DNA from: an uncultured Gemmatimonadales bacterium
Lineage (GTDB): Bacteria; Gemmatimonadota; Gemmatimonadetes; Gemmatimonadales; Gemmatimonadaceae
NCBI GenBank assembly: GCA_963757855.1
Contig: CAVWTI010000037.1
Span: forward strand, 13,688-77,687
Reading direction: 5' to 3'
Length of the DNA: 64,000 nucleotides
Shown: positions 1 to 9,823 of the stretch, piece by piece
Numbering within the stretch: the first letter of the stretch is position 1
How the letters are laid out: every line of letters starts with the position of its first letter
Notes under the pieces: generated by a model
The model's input: only the letters and a program-made list of their open reading frames with translations
Told to the model about the DNA's origin: nothing
Database searches by the model: none
Made by a program: the position numbers and the translations under genes

Positions 1-952
1 AGGCCGCGTTGGCAGGCGCTCCTCGACCGTCTCGCGGCCGACGCTCGAGTCGTCGAATGTCCCCATCGGCTCCGGGACCGGATCGCTGCCCGGGTCGTAG
101 CCGATGAAGCTGATGGTGTCTTCCGGGGCAGCCGGCTTCAGCGCCTCGCCGTCGAACCGTGCCAGCGCCACTGTGATGTTGTCCGGCCCGTCGCGATCGA
201 GCGCCTTTTGAATCAGCGCCTCGCCCGCCTTCTGGAGATCGGGCTCGGTGACCAGCACCGACAGGAGCTCCTCGTCGGTGACCGGTCCGTGGAGGCCATC
301 GGAGCAGAGCAGGGCGACGTCACCCTTGCGCAGCTGAACCTGCGACAGGACGACCTCGACGTGCTCCTGCACGCCGAGCGCCTGCAAGATGATGTTGGCG
401 TGCTCGAACGCCTTGGCCTCCTCGGGGGTCATCGCGCCGGCCTCGATGAGCTGCCAGGCCAGCGACTGATCCTTGGTCACCTGCGCCAGCTTGCCGTCGC
501 GCAGGACATAGCAGCGCGAGTCGCCGATCTGCGCGATCACCAGCGTGTCGTCGACCAGGCCGGCCGCCGTGCAGGTGGTTCCCATCCCGCGCTCGCTCTG
601 GTTGTCGCGCGACTGGATGAAGATCCGCTCGTTGGCGCGCTGGACGGCGCGCCGCAGGAGCCGGGCGAACCCGTCGCGCGGCTGTCCGTCCGCCTGAGGT
701 GAGCGCCTCGTAGATCGCGTCGGCCGCCATCTGCGCCGCGACCTCGCCCGCCGCGGCGCCGCCCATTCCGTCGCACACCAGGAGGAGCGCCCCCTTGTCC
801 CCCAGATTGAAGGTGAACGGAGGCCGCCCGTCGGCGGCGCGGACTCGGGCGGTCACGTCCGCAACGAGGAAGTTGTCCTCGTTGTGCTCGCGAATTAGCC
901 CAACGTCAGTCTTACCGAAGACCTCAATCGCGATGTCGGGGGGCGTTGGCAT
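1..952 (-). CDS. PP2C-family Ser/Thr protein phosphatase; 3' end runs off the window; one internal frameshift
   Basis: ORF 320..952 starts MPTPPDIAIEVFGKTDVGLIREHNEDNF...LLLVCDGMGGAAAGEVAA (PP2C N-terminal motifs), then turns into Arg/Pro junk after ...AIYEALTSGGR. A second minus frame continues QPRDGFARLLRRAVQRANERIFIQSRDNQSERGMGTTCTAAGLVDDTLVIAQIGDSRCYVLRDGKL...DRDGPDNITVALARF and stays open to position 1. The frame switch is at about 685-700. Confidence 0.85.
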
Positions 953-968
953 CGGGGCGGCTGAGGCC

Positions 969-1838
969 TCATCCTATCTCGAACCGGAGTAGCTCGTCTC
1001 CCATTCGAATGAGGTCTCCGGAATTGAGCCCATGGGGCCCCCGGAGACGCAAGAAGGTGCCGTTCGAGCTCCCCAGGTCTTCCAGGTGTCCTCGGCCGTT
1101 CCGAAAGGAAATTTGAGCGTGCCGACGGGACATGAACTCGTCGTCGGAAAAGACCAAGTCGGCCGTCTCCCGCCCGAGGGCGACGTCGGGGCGGGTCAGG
1201 TGGAAGATGTCCCGGCTGATCGCCGCCGGGGTGACCTGGCGCAGCCGCGCCCAGGGGGGGCGGACGGGGGTCCCAAACACCACCACGCCGTGCTCGAGCG
1301 CAGGGCGCAGGCTCCGCTCGGCGTCGGTGAGGAGCTCGAACCGCAGCACCTGCTTGCCGACCAGGATGTGGTCGCCGTCCTGCAGGTCGATGGGGCCCCG
1401 GAGCCGGACATAGACCCCGTTGCGGCTCTCGAGCGGCGTCAGCACCCGGCCGGTCAGGCTGGCCACCACGCGGGCGTGGCGGGGGGCGAGGTGGGGATCC
1501 TCGAACAGGAGGTCCCCCTCGGTCCGCCCGATGTCGATCTGGTCGCCGAGCAGGTTGTAGGAGATCCCATCGGTTCCGTCGCGGTGGACGACCACCAGCC
1601 GAAACCCGACCTGCTGCTGCCCGACCCGGATGGCCGCCGCGATGGGGCTGGCGGCCGGCCCGGGCTCGACCATGCGATCGGTCGCGCGGTTGGAGGCGAC
1701 CGGCCCGGCGGGCGCGACCGGCGCGGGACGGCCGACCGGGATCTCAGACAACGGTTCGGCGGTCAGCCGAGTCCCACAAAACTGGCAATAAACGACCTCC
1801 GACCCGTTCGCGTTTCCGCAGCGACCGCATTTGATCAT
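969..1838 (-). CDS. zinc-ribbon protein with two FHA domains
   Basis: MIKCGRCGNANGSEVVYCQFCGTRL (CxxC...CxxC ribbon). Two FHA cores follow: IDIGRTEGDLLFEDPHLAPRHARVV...SRNGVYVRL and ALGRETADLVFSDDEFMSRRHAQISF...SSNGTFLRL. The internal ATG at 1838 is preferred over the ORF-track start at 1934. Confidence 0.8.
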   Translation of the reverse strand: MIKCGRCGNANGSEVVYCQFCGTRLTAEPLSEIPVGRPAPVAPAGPVASNRATDRMVEPGPAASPIAAAIRVGQQQVGFRLVVVHRDGTDGISYNLLGDQIDIGRTEGDLLFEDPHLAPRHARVVASLTGRVLTPLESRNGVYVRLRGPIDLQDGDHILVGKQVLRFELLTDAERSLRPALEHGVVVFGTPVRPPWARLRQVTPAAISRDIFHLTRPDVALGRETADLVFSDDEFMSRRHAQISFRNGRGHLEDLGSSNGTFLRLRGPHGLNSGDLIRMGDELLRFEIG

Positions 1839-2011
1839 GTCGATGGGGTTTGCAAGGCGCCGAATCCTTTGGTAACAGGCGGCCCGGACAAACACACCCG
1901 CCGGCGCTGCCCCGCGATTTCCTAAGTGCGTCAAGAGATAACAACTTCCGCCGGATCGGTCAATTCGAGGGGCACCCCCACGGGCACCCCTACGATGGTC
2001 CGCGCGACTTT

Positions 2012-3178
2012 GTGCGCGCCGTGGGCGGCAGATCGGCAGGGCGGTCCCTGCTGCTCCTGGCGGCGCTCGCCGCCTCGGCGGCCTGCGGCCCGCTCATCGA
2101 GCGGGCGCCGTTCGCCGTCCGCCCCGATTCGATCCGTCCGGCCGATCTGCTGGGTCCGTACGACGGCATCGTCATCGACGCCGATCTGGATCGTCCGATC
2201 GCCGGCGCCATCGTCGCGGCCTCCTGGGCGTTCGAGAACGGCATCGGCTTTCACGCGCCGTCCGGCTCGCGCGAGGTGGTGGTGCAGACCGGCGCCGACG
2301 GCCGCTACACGATCCCCCGGCTCGACGATCTGCCGGAGGGGGCGTCGACCCGCATCCGGCGCTTCACGCTGGTCGTCTACCACCGCGGGCATGTCGGCTG
2401 GCGGAGCGATCGGGTGTTCCCCGGACAGGCCGCGCGGCGCGACTTCAGCCAGCGCGGCAATCGGGTCAGGCTCGACCGCTGGCAGCCGGCCTACCTCCAC
2501 GCCACCCACCTGGTGTTCCTGGGCGGCGGCGCCAAGGTGCGCCTGGCGGCCGCCTGGGAGCTGCAGGCGGCGGCGCTGGAGCTGGACGGCGAGCACCTGC
2601 CGCTCTCGACCCGCGCGAAGGCCGAGGCGGCGGCGCAGGCTGGGCCGCTGACACCGCTCGACATCTCGAAGCTGCTCAGCGACGACGAGATTCGCGGCGT
2701 CACCGGCTACGTCGGCAAGTTCGAGGACGGCAAGCTGACCGACCTGCCGACGACCGAGTTCTACGACAGCCGCCACTTCAAGGCGCTCGGCAAGCCCGAG
2801 AGCTTCGACGTCGGTCTGCGGGTCTGGCGGCTCGGCTCGGCGGCCTCGGAGGTTCAGTACAACAAGCTGATGACGACGCTCCCCGGGGCGCACGCGACGG
2901 ACGAGGTGGGCGACGGCTCGTTCCGCGCGCAGTCGGGGGAGATGGGCGGACTCGTCTTCCTCGTGCGCGAGCGGGGCGTCGTGGTGTCGATGACCTGCGG
3001 CAGCGGCCAGTGTCCCGAGCCGGCGCAGCTGGCCAAGCTGGCCAAGCTGGTCGAGTCGCGCCTCCCCGAGCTTCCGCCCGAGCAGCCGCGCCTCGCGCCC
3101 ACTCCCGAGGCCGCGCCCCCCAACGACGTCGACAATCCAGCCGTCAAGCCGACGCCGTCCCCCGAGGTCTCACCATGA
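2012..3178 (+). CDS. secreted protein / putative lipoprotein, unknown function
   Basis: ORF 1850..3178. GTG at 2012 gives VRAVGGRSAGRSLLLLAALAASAACGP (signal peptide with Cys). The frame reads cleanly and ends in a Pro-rich tail. The start is uncertain. Confidence 0.55.
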   Translation: MRAVGGRSAGRSLLLLAALAASAACGPLIERAPFAVRPDSIRPADLLGPYDGIVIDADLDRPIAGAIVAASWAFENGIGFHAPSGSREVVVQTGADGRYTIPRLDDLPEGASTRIRRFTLVVYHRGHVGWRSDRVFPGQAARRDFSQRGNRVRLDRWQPAYLHATHLVFLGGGAKVRLAAAWELQAAALELDGEHLPLSTRAKAEAAAQAGPLTPLDISKLLSDDEIRGVTGYVGKFEDGKLTDLPTTEFYDSRHFKALGKPESFDVGLRVWRLGSAASEVQYNKLMTTLPGAHATDEVGDGSFRAQSGEMGGLVFLVRERGVVVSMTCGSGQCPEPAQLAKLAKLVESRLPELPPEQPRLAPTPEAAPPNDVDNPAVKPTPSPEVSP

Positions 3179-4667
3179 TCCGCGCACGTGTTCCTGTGAC
3201 CGGGAGGCTTCGGATGGTCGTCGCGGCCGCGCTGCTGCTGGTGGCAACGCCGGCGCGGCGCGTACGATCCGGCCACGACGCACGCCGGCCTCACCGAGCA
3301 GGCGGTGCTGGCCTCGGAGCTGCACCGGGTGCTCGCGCACCGGCTGTCGCGGCCGCTCGGGCTGTTCGAGCCGATCGTGCTCAACCGCGCCAATCTCGAC
3401 CCGACGGAGGCGCGCCTGCTCGGCGGACGGCTCGACGCGCTCGATCCATCGGGCGGCTACCGCCCCAGCGCCGACGGAGCGGCCCCGGCGCTGGCCTGGG
3501 TGGTGGCGGGCGCGGTGATCGCCGAGACGCCGGCCGAGCGCGCCCAGAACCTCTTCTTCGATCCGTCGCGTGGCAGCGGCCTCAGCCAGGCCGGCGGCGC
3601 CTTTCAGATCGGTCACAATCTGCGGATGCTGTTCGCCGAAGCGGGCGGGCTCCGCGGCGCGGCGACCGGGACGACCTTCAACCTGACCGGACGGCCCTCG
3701 CCCGAGTGGCTGGTGGCGCCCGACAACGACGTCGGCCTGCCGGCCTTCTACGAGGGGCTCGAACAGGCGACCATCGCCGAGCGCCCGGGGCCGCGCGGGA
3801 CGGCGCTGGCGCGGGCGCTGCTGGCGCTGGGCGGAACGCTGGCCGTTCTCGAGGACGCGGGCGATCCGGCGCACGTTCGCAACGACTTCCGCGGCGCCTA
3901 CATGGCTGACGGCGGCTCGAGCCTGTTCGATCGCGGCTCGCCGTTCGAACGCTACGTGGCCGAGACCTTCGGCCAGGCAGGCGTGCCCCCAGCGGCGAGC
4001 GCCGGTCAACCGCCCGACGGTGATGGCGTACATCACCGCGGCCGATCGGCAAGGGCTGGCGGATCGCACGCAGCGCCGGTTCTTCTCGGACGGCACGCTG
4101 CCCGAACCCGTCGTCGTCGATCGACTGACGACCGGGGCCGAGGTGATGCGTGACGCACGCGAGTCGCTGCCGTACGCGCTTCCGTCGGTGCCGCACCTCG
4201 ATCTCGTCGGGCTCGGCGACGTGCACTACGCCTACGCGACGGTCGAGCAGGGGACGCCAGCGGCGCACAGGCGGCGACTGCTCGCCTACCTGCGCGTTCC
4301 GGGGCGCGTGAAGTTTTTCCTCGACCGCGCCGTCTATCACGACAGCGCGATGGCGCTGCTCCCCGAGATCGGCGCCTACGCGACCGGCCTCATCGATCAC
4401 CTTTTTCGCGCCGACATCCACCTCGAGATCAAGGACGGCAGCGTCGCCGTCTCGGTGACCGGCGCGCGGGGAATGATTCGCAAAGGTGAGGTGCGCCTCT
4501 ACGTCGAGGATGCGACGGGACGCAGGGGCGCCTTCTCCTCGGTCCCGGCGTCCACCACGGCGTCGACGCTCACGATCCCCGCCGGGGCCCGCCGGATCGC
4601 GGCGGTGCTGCGGGGCGAGGACGACGCGGGCGAGCTGGTGGCGGTGGCGGAGCAGCCAGTTCTGTGA
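3175..4667 (+). CDS. secreted hypothetical protein, read across 2 frameshifts
   Basis: ATGA overlap with the previous stop (atg 3175, tga 3176-3178). Signal peptide MIRARVPVTGRLRMVVAAALLLVATPA, then a switch to ...YDPATTHAGLTEQAVLASELHRVLAHRL (ORF 3305..4153), then another switch near 4010 to MMAYITAADRQGLADRTQRRFFSDG... (ORF 4020..4667). Confidence 0.55.
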
Positions 4668-5675
4668 CGATCGGGAGTCGCCGCCGCGCGGCCACCGACT
4701 CGCCGGGCGCGATCGCCGTGAGCAGCGCCGCCGCTTCCCCTTCAGCCTCCGCATCCTGATCCGCCGCCGCCGCGTCGACGGCGCGGCGGAGCGACTCGAC
4801 CAGCGCGCCGTCGCGGGCGAGGGCGGCCGCGCGCAGCCTGGCCGCCTCGGCCTCTTGACCCGCATCTTGGCTCGCGGCCCGCGCTGCCCAGGCCAACAGG
4901 CGTCCGCCCTCGGGTCCCGCATCGAGCTCGGCCGCCCGGCAGAACGCCTTCACGGCGCGCGCGTTCTGTCCGTCGTCGAGCGCCGTGCGCCCGAGATCAA
5001 ACCAGGGCCAGGGATTCTCTGGATCGAGCGCGGTCGCCTCGTCGAGGGCATCGACCGCCGCCGCGCAGACGCCCAAGTCGGCGAAGCGCCAGGCCGCGCG
5101 CGTGCGCCGCGCCTGCGGCGCCGGGATCTTGCTTGAGCGCCCGCTCGGCCTGCCGGAGCGCCACCAGCGGCGTCACCTCCTCGCCCGAGGGGTCGAACAC
5201 GTCGGGGGCGTATTCGCCGTCGGGGCCGTAGAGCACCTGCTCGCGCGCGACGGTGGCGTCGAGCCAGCGGGCGAAGCTCGAGCCGGCCCGCGCGCGCTCG
5301 TCGGCGCCGGGGTCGGTGCGCACCACGCGGCCTTCGCCGTCGAGCGCGTAGCGCTCACCCGCCGCGCCGACGGCGAACACCAGCTCGCCCGCCCGATCTT
5401 GCGGCAGCTCGGCGAGCCGCAGCGCCGCGGTCGGTCCGACGCCGGCGATCAGCACCGTCTCGTGAAACAGAATCCGCGCCGTCGAACGACTGCAGGAACG
5501 CCGCGTACACCTCGGGGAGCGCCCGGCCGAGCGCCGCCGCGGCCCGGGCCAGCTCGTCGGCAGGCGCGGGCGGCATCACCCGAATGAGGCCCGCCGGCAG
5601 GCGTGACAGCGCCCCCCGAAAGTGGTCGAAGAAGACCTCGGGACGACTCGGTTCGCGTCCGCGGCGGCGAGTCAC
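4570..5675 (-). CDS. SMI1/KNR4 (SUKH-1)-like protein with C-terminal TPR-like region, frameshifted
   Basis: Three minus-strand pieces join up. 5355..5675 reads ...ELARAAAALGRALPEVYAAFLQSFDGA (SMI1/KNR4-type motif). 4997..5455 reads ...ELVFAVGAAGERYALDGEGRVV.... 4570..5076 reads ALDPENPWPWFDLGRTALDDGQNARAVKAFCRAAELD (TPR-like). The 3' end is uncertain because it overlaps the gene ending at 4667. Confidence 0.5.
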
Positions 5676-5682
5676 GTGCGGG

Positions 5683-7521
5683 TCACTTGTTGACGAGCGA
5701 AGACGGAAGGGGGCTGCCCGCGACGGTGAACGCCGCGCTGAGGCGCGCCGAGACGCCGCGCCCCTGCAGTCGCCCCGCGCCCGGCTCGCGCCGGTTGCCG
5801 TCGCCGGAGAAGGCCAGCACCGGGTCGGCGGCCAGCGCCGCCCCGTCGACGCGCGGCTCCGCGACCTCGACGATGCGGACGGTCCCGTCGGTCACCGCCA
5901 CCACATGCACCACCAGGTCGAAGGCGCTGGCGCAAAGCGCGGTCGTGACCGCGGCCGCCGCGCCGAGTCCCGCCGCCGCCAGCGCCGCCAGGCGCCCGAG
6001 CGTCTCGATCGTCGATCGGCCGGGGAGCGCCGCGATGAGCCCCTCCTGGCCGCGCGAGGCGACCAGCAGGAGCTCGCCGAGCTCCGGTCCCATCACCTCG
6101 CCCACCATCAGGTGGTCGGCGCGGAGGGTGGAGGCCACCCGCAAGAGGCCCGCCATGTCGGCCGCGGGAGCGAGGTCGGTCCAACCGCCGCGCGCCTGCG
6201 GCTGCGCGGCGCCGATGGCGACGACCCGTCGGTCGGCCGGGATCGCCGCGGCGAGCGCCCCCAAGAGCTGCGGCATCGCCGCCGCGTCGCCGGTGAGCAG
6301 CAGGTTGCGCCGCGCCGCCATCGCGCTCTCGAGCAGCGTCTGCGCGTCCTTGCTGCCGCCCGGGATCGAGATCGGAGAGCGTGCGCGCGAGCAGGACCGG
6401 GCGGCGAATCGCCGCCACGACACCGGTCGGCGAGGCGGGGGGAACGCCGCCGAGACGCGCGTCCCGTCGGCCAGCCGAACGTCGACCACCGGGTTGTCCG
6501 GCGCGGGCGGCGGGAAGGCCGTGTTGGCCAGCCGCCAGAGCGCATCCGCGACGGCGTTGGGCTCGCCGAGGCTGCCGTCGTGGAGCGCGAGCCCGGACCC
6601 CGATCGACCAGCGCCGCGTCCGGCGCGGTCGATGAGGATCTGCGTGACGGCCGCATCGGCCAGCAGCGCCTCGAACCCGGCGGCGTTGCCGCCGACGTCG
6701 GTCGTCATCGGAGGCGCAGCGCTCGCGGATCCAAACGACGGGGCGGCCGCCGGGAGCTGCCGCGGCGCCTGGCCGCGCGGCCGCCGGGCGGCCGGCTGCT
6801 CTCGTCGTCCGGGCTCCGTGAATGGGCGAAGAGACCGACGCTGCCGGTGTCCTCGGCGGGCTCGTCGGTGGCGGCAGGCGCCGCCGAGCCGAGCCCATCG
6901 TCGAAATCGCTTTCGCCGAGGCCGCGGCTGGCCAGCGGCGTCGGTGGGCGGCGGGGCGGCGGGGGCGGGGGAATCGGCACGCGTCCCGAACCGGGCGGGC
7001 GCGCCGCCAGGCCGAGCTCGTCGCTCGTCGCCGCCACCGCCGCCGAATCCGGCGTCCCCTTCGCCGTCGCTGTCGTCGTAGGTCGGGAAGCTGCGCGGCG
7101 CTCGAGCCGACCCGACCGCGCGGCGGGGGCGGAGGGGGATCGGCAGCCGGTGCCCCGCGCCGCTACCGCCGGCGCGGCCGGGGAGTCGCCCGGGAAATCG
7201 TCCCGAAGTCGGCCTGAAGCGGCGCCGCCGCCGAGGTCGATGTTGATCAGGAAGTCGCCGACGTAGACCCAATCGGAGGCCGACAGCAGCATCGGCGAGC
7301 CAATCTTGCGCCCGTTGACGTAGGTGCCGTTGGTGCTCTTGAGGTCGGCGACCTCGATCTGTCCGGGGCTCTTGACCGTGAACCGCGAGTGCCTCTTGGA
7401 GACGTTCCCTTTGGCGAGCACGATGTCGTTGCCGGAGACGCGGCCAATCGTGATCTCGTCCTTGTCGAAGGTGAGCAGCCTTCGGCTCACCGTTCTTCTC
7501 TGTCAGCGTCAGCTTGATCAT
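5683..7521 (-). CDS. FHA domain fused to a CpaF/VirB11-like secretion-ATPase fold with degenerate Walker A; several frameshifts
   Basis: N-terminus MIKLTLTEKNGEPK then (frame switch) LTFDKDEITIGRVSGNDIVLAKGNVSKRHSRFTV...STNGTYVNGRKI (FHA), followed by a low-complexity linker. The C-terminal part reads FEALLADAAVTQILIDR...VVDVRLADGTRVSAAFPP...RRNLLLTGDAAAMPQLLGALAAAI...RADHLMVGEVMGPELGELLLVASRGQEGLIAALPGRS. This is collinear with CpaF-type ATPases, but GxxGxGKT is replaced by TGDAAAM. Confidence 0.6.
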   Translation of the reverse strand: MIKLTLTEKNGEPKAAHLRQGRDHDWPRLRQRHRARQRERLQEALAVHGQEPRTDRGRRPQEHQRHLRQRAQDWLADAAVGLRLGLRRRLPDQHRPRRRRRFRPTSGRFPGRLPGRAGGSGAGHRLPIPLRPRRAVGSARAPRSFPTYDDSDGEGDAGFGGGGGDERRARPGGAPARFGTRADSPAPAAPPPTDAAGQPRPRRKRFRRWARLGGACRHRRARRGHRQRRSLRPFTEPGRREQPAARRPRGQAPRQLPAAAPSFGSASAAPPMTTDVGGNAAGFEALLADAAVTQILIDRAGRGAGRSGSGLALHDGSLGEPNAVADALWRLANTAFPPPAPDNPVVDVRLADGTRVSAAFPPPRRPVSWRRFAARSCSRARSPISIPGGSKDAQTLLESAMAARRNLLLTGDAAAMPQLLGALAAAIPADRRVVAIGAAQPQARGGWTDLAPAADMAGLLRVASTLRADHLMVGEVMGPELGELLLVASRGQEGLIAALPGRSTIETLGRLAALAAAGLGAAAAVTTALCASAFDLVVHVVAVTDGTVRIVEVAEPRVDGAALAADPVLAFSGDGNRREPGAGRLQGRGVSARLSAAFTVAGSPLPSSLVNK

Positions 7522-7606
7522 GGAGCCTCGGGAAGGGGTTCAACCACAGAAACGGCGCCTCGCGACGTTATTCTCGACGATTCCCAGGGTCAAGAATCGG
7601 CCCCGG

Positions 7607-7759
7607 CTATCGCCCGAGCAGCGCCAGAAGCGGCGCCGAGAAAATCGCCAGAATTCCACCCGCCGTCAACGCTGCGATCCCAAGCGCGACGCAGCAGCGA
7701 AACCCGATCGTGGTCGCCGCGGGCACCACCGCGGATTTGTCCTTGGGCCGAGTCGGCAT
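7607..7759 (-). CDS. small (50 aa) single-pass membrane protein
   Basis: MPTRPKDKSAVVPAATTIGFRCCVALGIAALTAGGILAIFSAPLLALLGR*, the tail of ORF 7607..8128. It has a hydrophobic C-terminal helix and an internal ATG at 7759. Confidence 0.3.
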   Translation of the reverse strand: MPTRPKDKSAVVPAATTIGFRCCVALGIAALTAGGILAIFSAPLLALLGR

Positions 7760-7816
7760 CGGGCGCAGTATACAAGCAAGCTCAGACTGGGAGCTACCGG
7801 AGCGAGGAGACCCGAC

Positions 7817-8495
7817 ATGGAAGCGATCGCATGGGCGCTGGCCGCGGCGCTGGCTGCTGCTGACGGTCTGCGGCTCCGCGCGACAGCGGCCCCCAAGTAC
7901 TACTTTCAGCTTCAGCCCGTCAAAGCCGGCCCGGAGGTCGGACGAGGCGCCAAGAGCTACACCGGCGAGGCGCTGCAAGGCGGAGCTGGCGTCGCGTCCC
8001 GAGTGGGCCTCGGACATCGGCCCCGCCGGGCAGGCCGCGCCGGGGAGCGATCGGACGGCGCTGGTGGCCGAGCTCAAGAAGCGCAACCTGCGCGGGTTCG
8101 ACGTCACGGCGCGGATCGAAAAGCTCAAGCAAGAGGTGAAGGAATCCCGAAGCCAGGGGCGCGAATAAACAGCTGGCCGTCGAGGTCCAGCTGACGGTGT
8201 TCGGGACGACCATCCCCGACGCCAAGCTGGCCTTCAGCGGCGACGGACAGTCGGGCAGCGAGGCCGAGGTCTCCGAGCGGCGCCTGGCCGCCGACACGGC
8301 CGACACGACCAAGGACGTCATCAAGGACGCCATCAAGCAGGCGGTCGATCAGGCGGTGCTCAAGCTGTCCATCGGAAACCCCGGCCCGATGAACGAGAAG
8401 CACCGAAGAAGGAGCGGACGAACAGCCGCAAAGCGGAATCCAAAACCCTCTGGCTCGGTCTTCCGAGCCCCCTTTCTGGTCCCGCCGTTTTGTAG
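7817..8495 (+). CDS. secreted hypothetical protein, frameshifted
   Basis: gaggaga RBS at 7804-7810. ATG 7817 gives MEAIAWALAAALAAADGLRLRATAAPKYYFQLQPVKAG. Later pieces lie in other frames: DRTALVAELKKRNLRGFDVTARIEKLKQEVKES, KQLAVEVQLTVFGTTIPDAKLAFSGDGQSG...KDVIKDAIKQAVDQAVLKLSIGNPGP. The end is a guess. Confidence 0.3.
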
Positions 8496-8512
8496 GTCTG
8501 AGGCCCCGATCG

Positions 8513-9072
8513 ATGCAGCTCGTCGAGATTGCACTGTTTGCGGCGGTCGCGGGCTGGCGCTGGCGTTGATTGGATACGCGGTGCGGCCCTACCTAAGGCG
8601 CGCGGAGCGCCGACCGCCCGGAGTCGCGACCGCCGAGCTCGCGCCGCCGCCGAGGGAGCCCTCGCGCCCGCCCGCAGGCCATGGTTGTCCGGCCTGCCAC
8701 CGCGACTACGCCCCCGGGCTGCGGTTCTGCCCGCACGACGCGCGCGATCTGGTTCCGGCCAGCGACCCGGCCGCTCGGGCGGCGGGCGCGGGCTCCACCT
8801 GCCCGACCTGCCGGCGCTCGTACGACGCCGGCAAGAAGTTCTGCGCGTTCGACGGCGAGGAGTTGGTTCCGCTTCCGTCGCCATCGGGACCGGCTGTCAG
8901 GCCGGCGCCGCGCTTTCGCCGGCGGGCTGGGCAAAATCTGCCCCAACTGCTCGCGGCGGTACGAGAGCGAGGCCACGTTCTGCGGGCGCGACGGCGAAGA
9001 GCTGGTCCCGGTGAATGACGTCAACGTCGGAAGGCCCCCCCGATGTGCGCATGGCCCCGCCCGGCCTGCTAG
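8513..9072 (+). CDS. membrane-anchored protein with three tandem zinc-ribbon repeats, frameshifted
   Basis: MQLVEIALFAAV..LALALIGYAV (TM segment). Three copies of C-P-x-C-x-R-x-Y-x5-F-C-x2-D-x3-L-V-P follow: CPACHRDYAPGLRFCPHDARDLVP (from 8686), CPTCRRSYDAGKKFCAFDGEELVP (from 8800), CPNCSRRYESEATFCGRDGEELVP (from 8939, different frame). Confidence 0.5.
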
Positions 9073-9083
9073 ACTGTCCACCC

Positions 9084-9823
9084 ATGCGTCTCAGCCTCGT
9101 TCGGGCCTCGCCCCTCTTGATGGCGGCAGTGCTCGCGGCGGCCTCGGCGCCTGCCACCGCGCCGCGCCCGAGCGCCCCGCACCGGCGGTCCCGGCGCCCC
9201 GCCGACGATGGAGGTGCTCAAGGGCGGCCGCTGGCTCTTCACCTACGCCGAGCCGGCCGGGACCTTCGCCACCACCGACAAGCCCGAGACCATTCCCGAG
9301 GCCGACGCGCGGGCGCTGGTCCGGGTGATCGATCCGGCGCGAGCAGATGAAAGGGGGCGCCGATCGGGTCTACGTGACCAACGTCGGCGAGCTGCTGCAA
9401 GCGGGAAGTCGTCGGCGCGCGCGATGTCGCGCGAGGCCTTCGAGACGGCGGCGCTGGCCGCGCTGCCGCGGCGGCCAGTCGTCGCCGTTCGCGCGCACCA
9501 CGCAGAGGCGCCTCCCGGGCGCCGATGCCGCAGCCGCTCGACGCCGCCTGGGCCGGTCCCCCCGGACGCGCCGCTGGTGACGATCTACGGGACCTCCTGG
9601 TGCGGCGCCTGCCGCGCCGCGCGCGAGTACATGACCGAGCGCAAGATCCCGTTCGCCGACAAGGACATCGAGCGCGATCCCGGCGCCGCGCAGGAGCTGG
9701 CCGACAAGGCCAGCAAGATGGGGATCCCGACCGATCGCGTGCCGGTCATCGACGTGCGCGGCGCGCCTGCTGCTGGGGTTCGACCGGGAGCGCATCGAGG
9801 CGCTGCTGGGACAGCCGACATGA
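9084..9823 (+). CDS. secreted glutaredoxin/thioredoxin-fold protein, frameshifted
   Basis: Signal peptide MRLSLVRASPLLMAAVLAAASAPA. C-terminal domain PLVTIYGTSWCGACRAAREYMTERKIPFADKDIERDPGAAQELADKASKMGIPTDRVPVIDVRG..LLLGFDRERIEALL (CxxC glutaredoxin-like). Several frame switches lie between the two. Confidence 0.55.

Noticed and set aside
5584-7266. Long alternative-frame or antisense ORFs over the FHA-ATPase gene (5584..7266, 5603..7081, 5672..6898). The same applies elsewhere (22276..23361, 24157..25212, 27929..29059, 31594..32307, 36615..37574, 43835..44890, 46179..47315, 47884..48987, 48390..49499, 49162..50244, 52527..53459, 53922..55307, 56554..58083)
   Set aside because: These are typical high-GC shadow ORFs: Arg/Pro/Gly/Ala-dominated, with no motifs, and each overlaps a gene with clear family signatures on another frame or strand.
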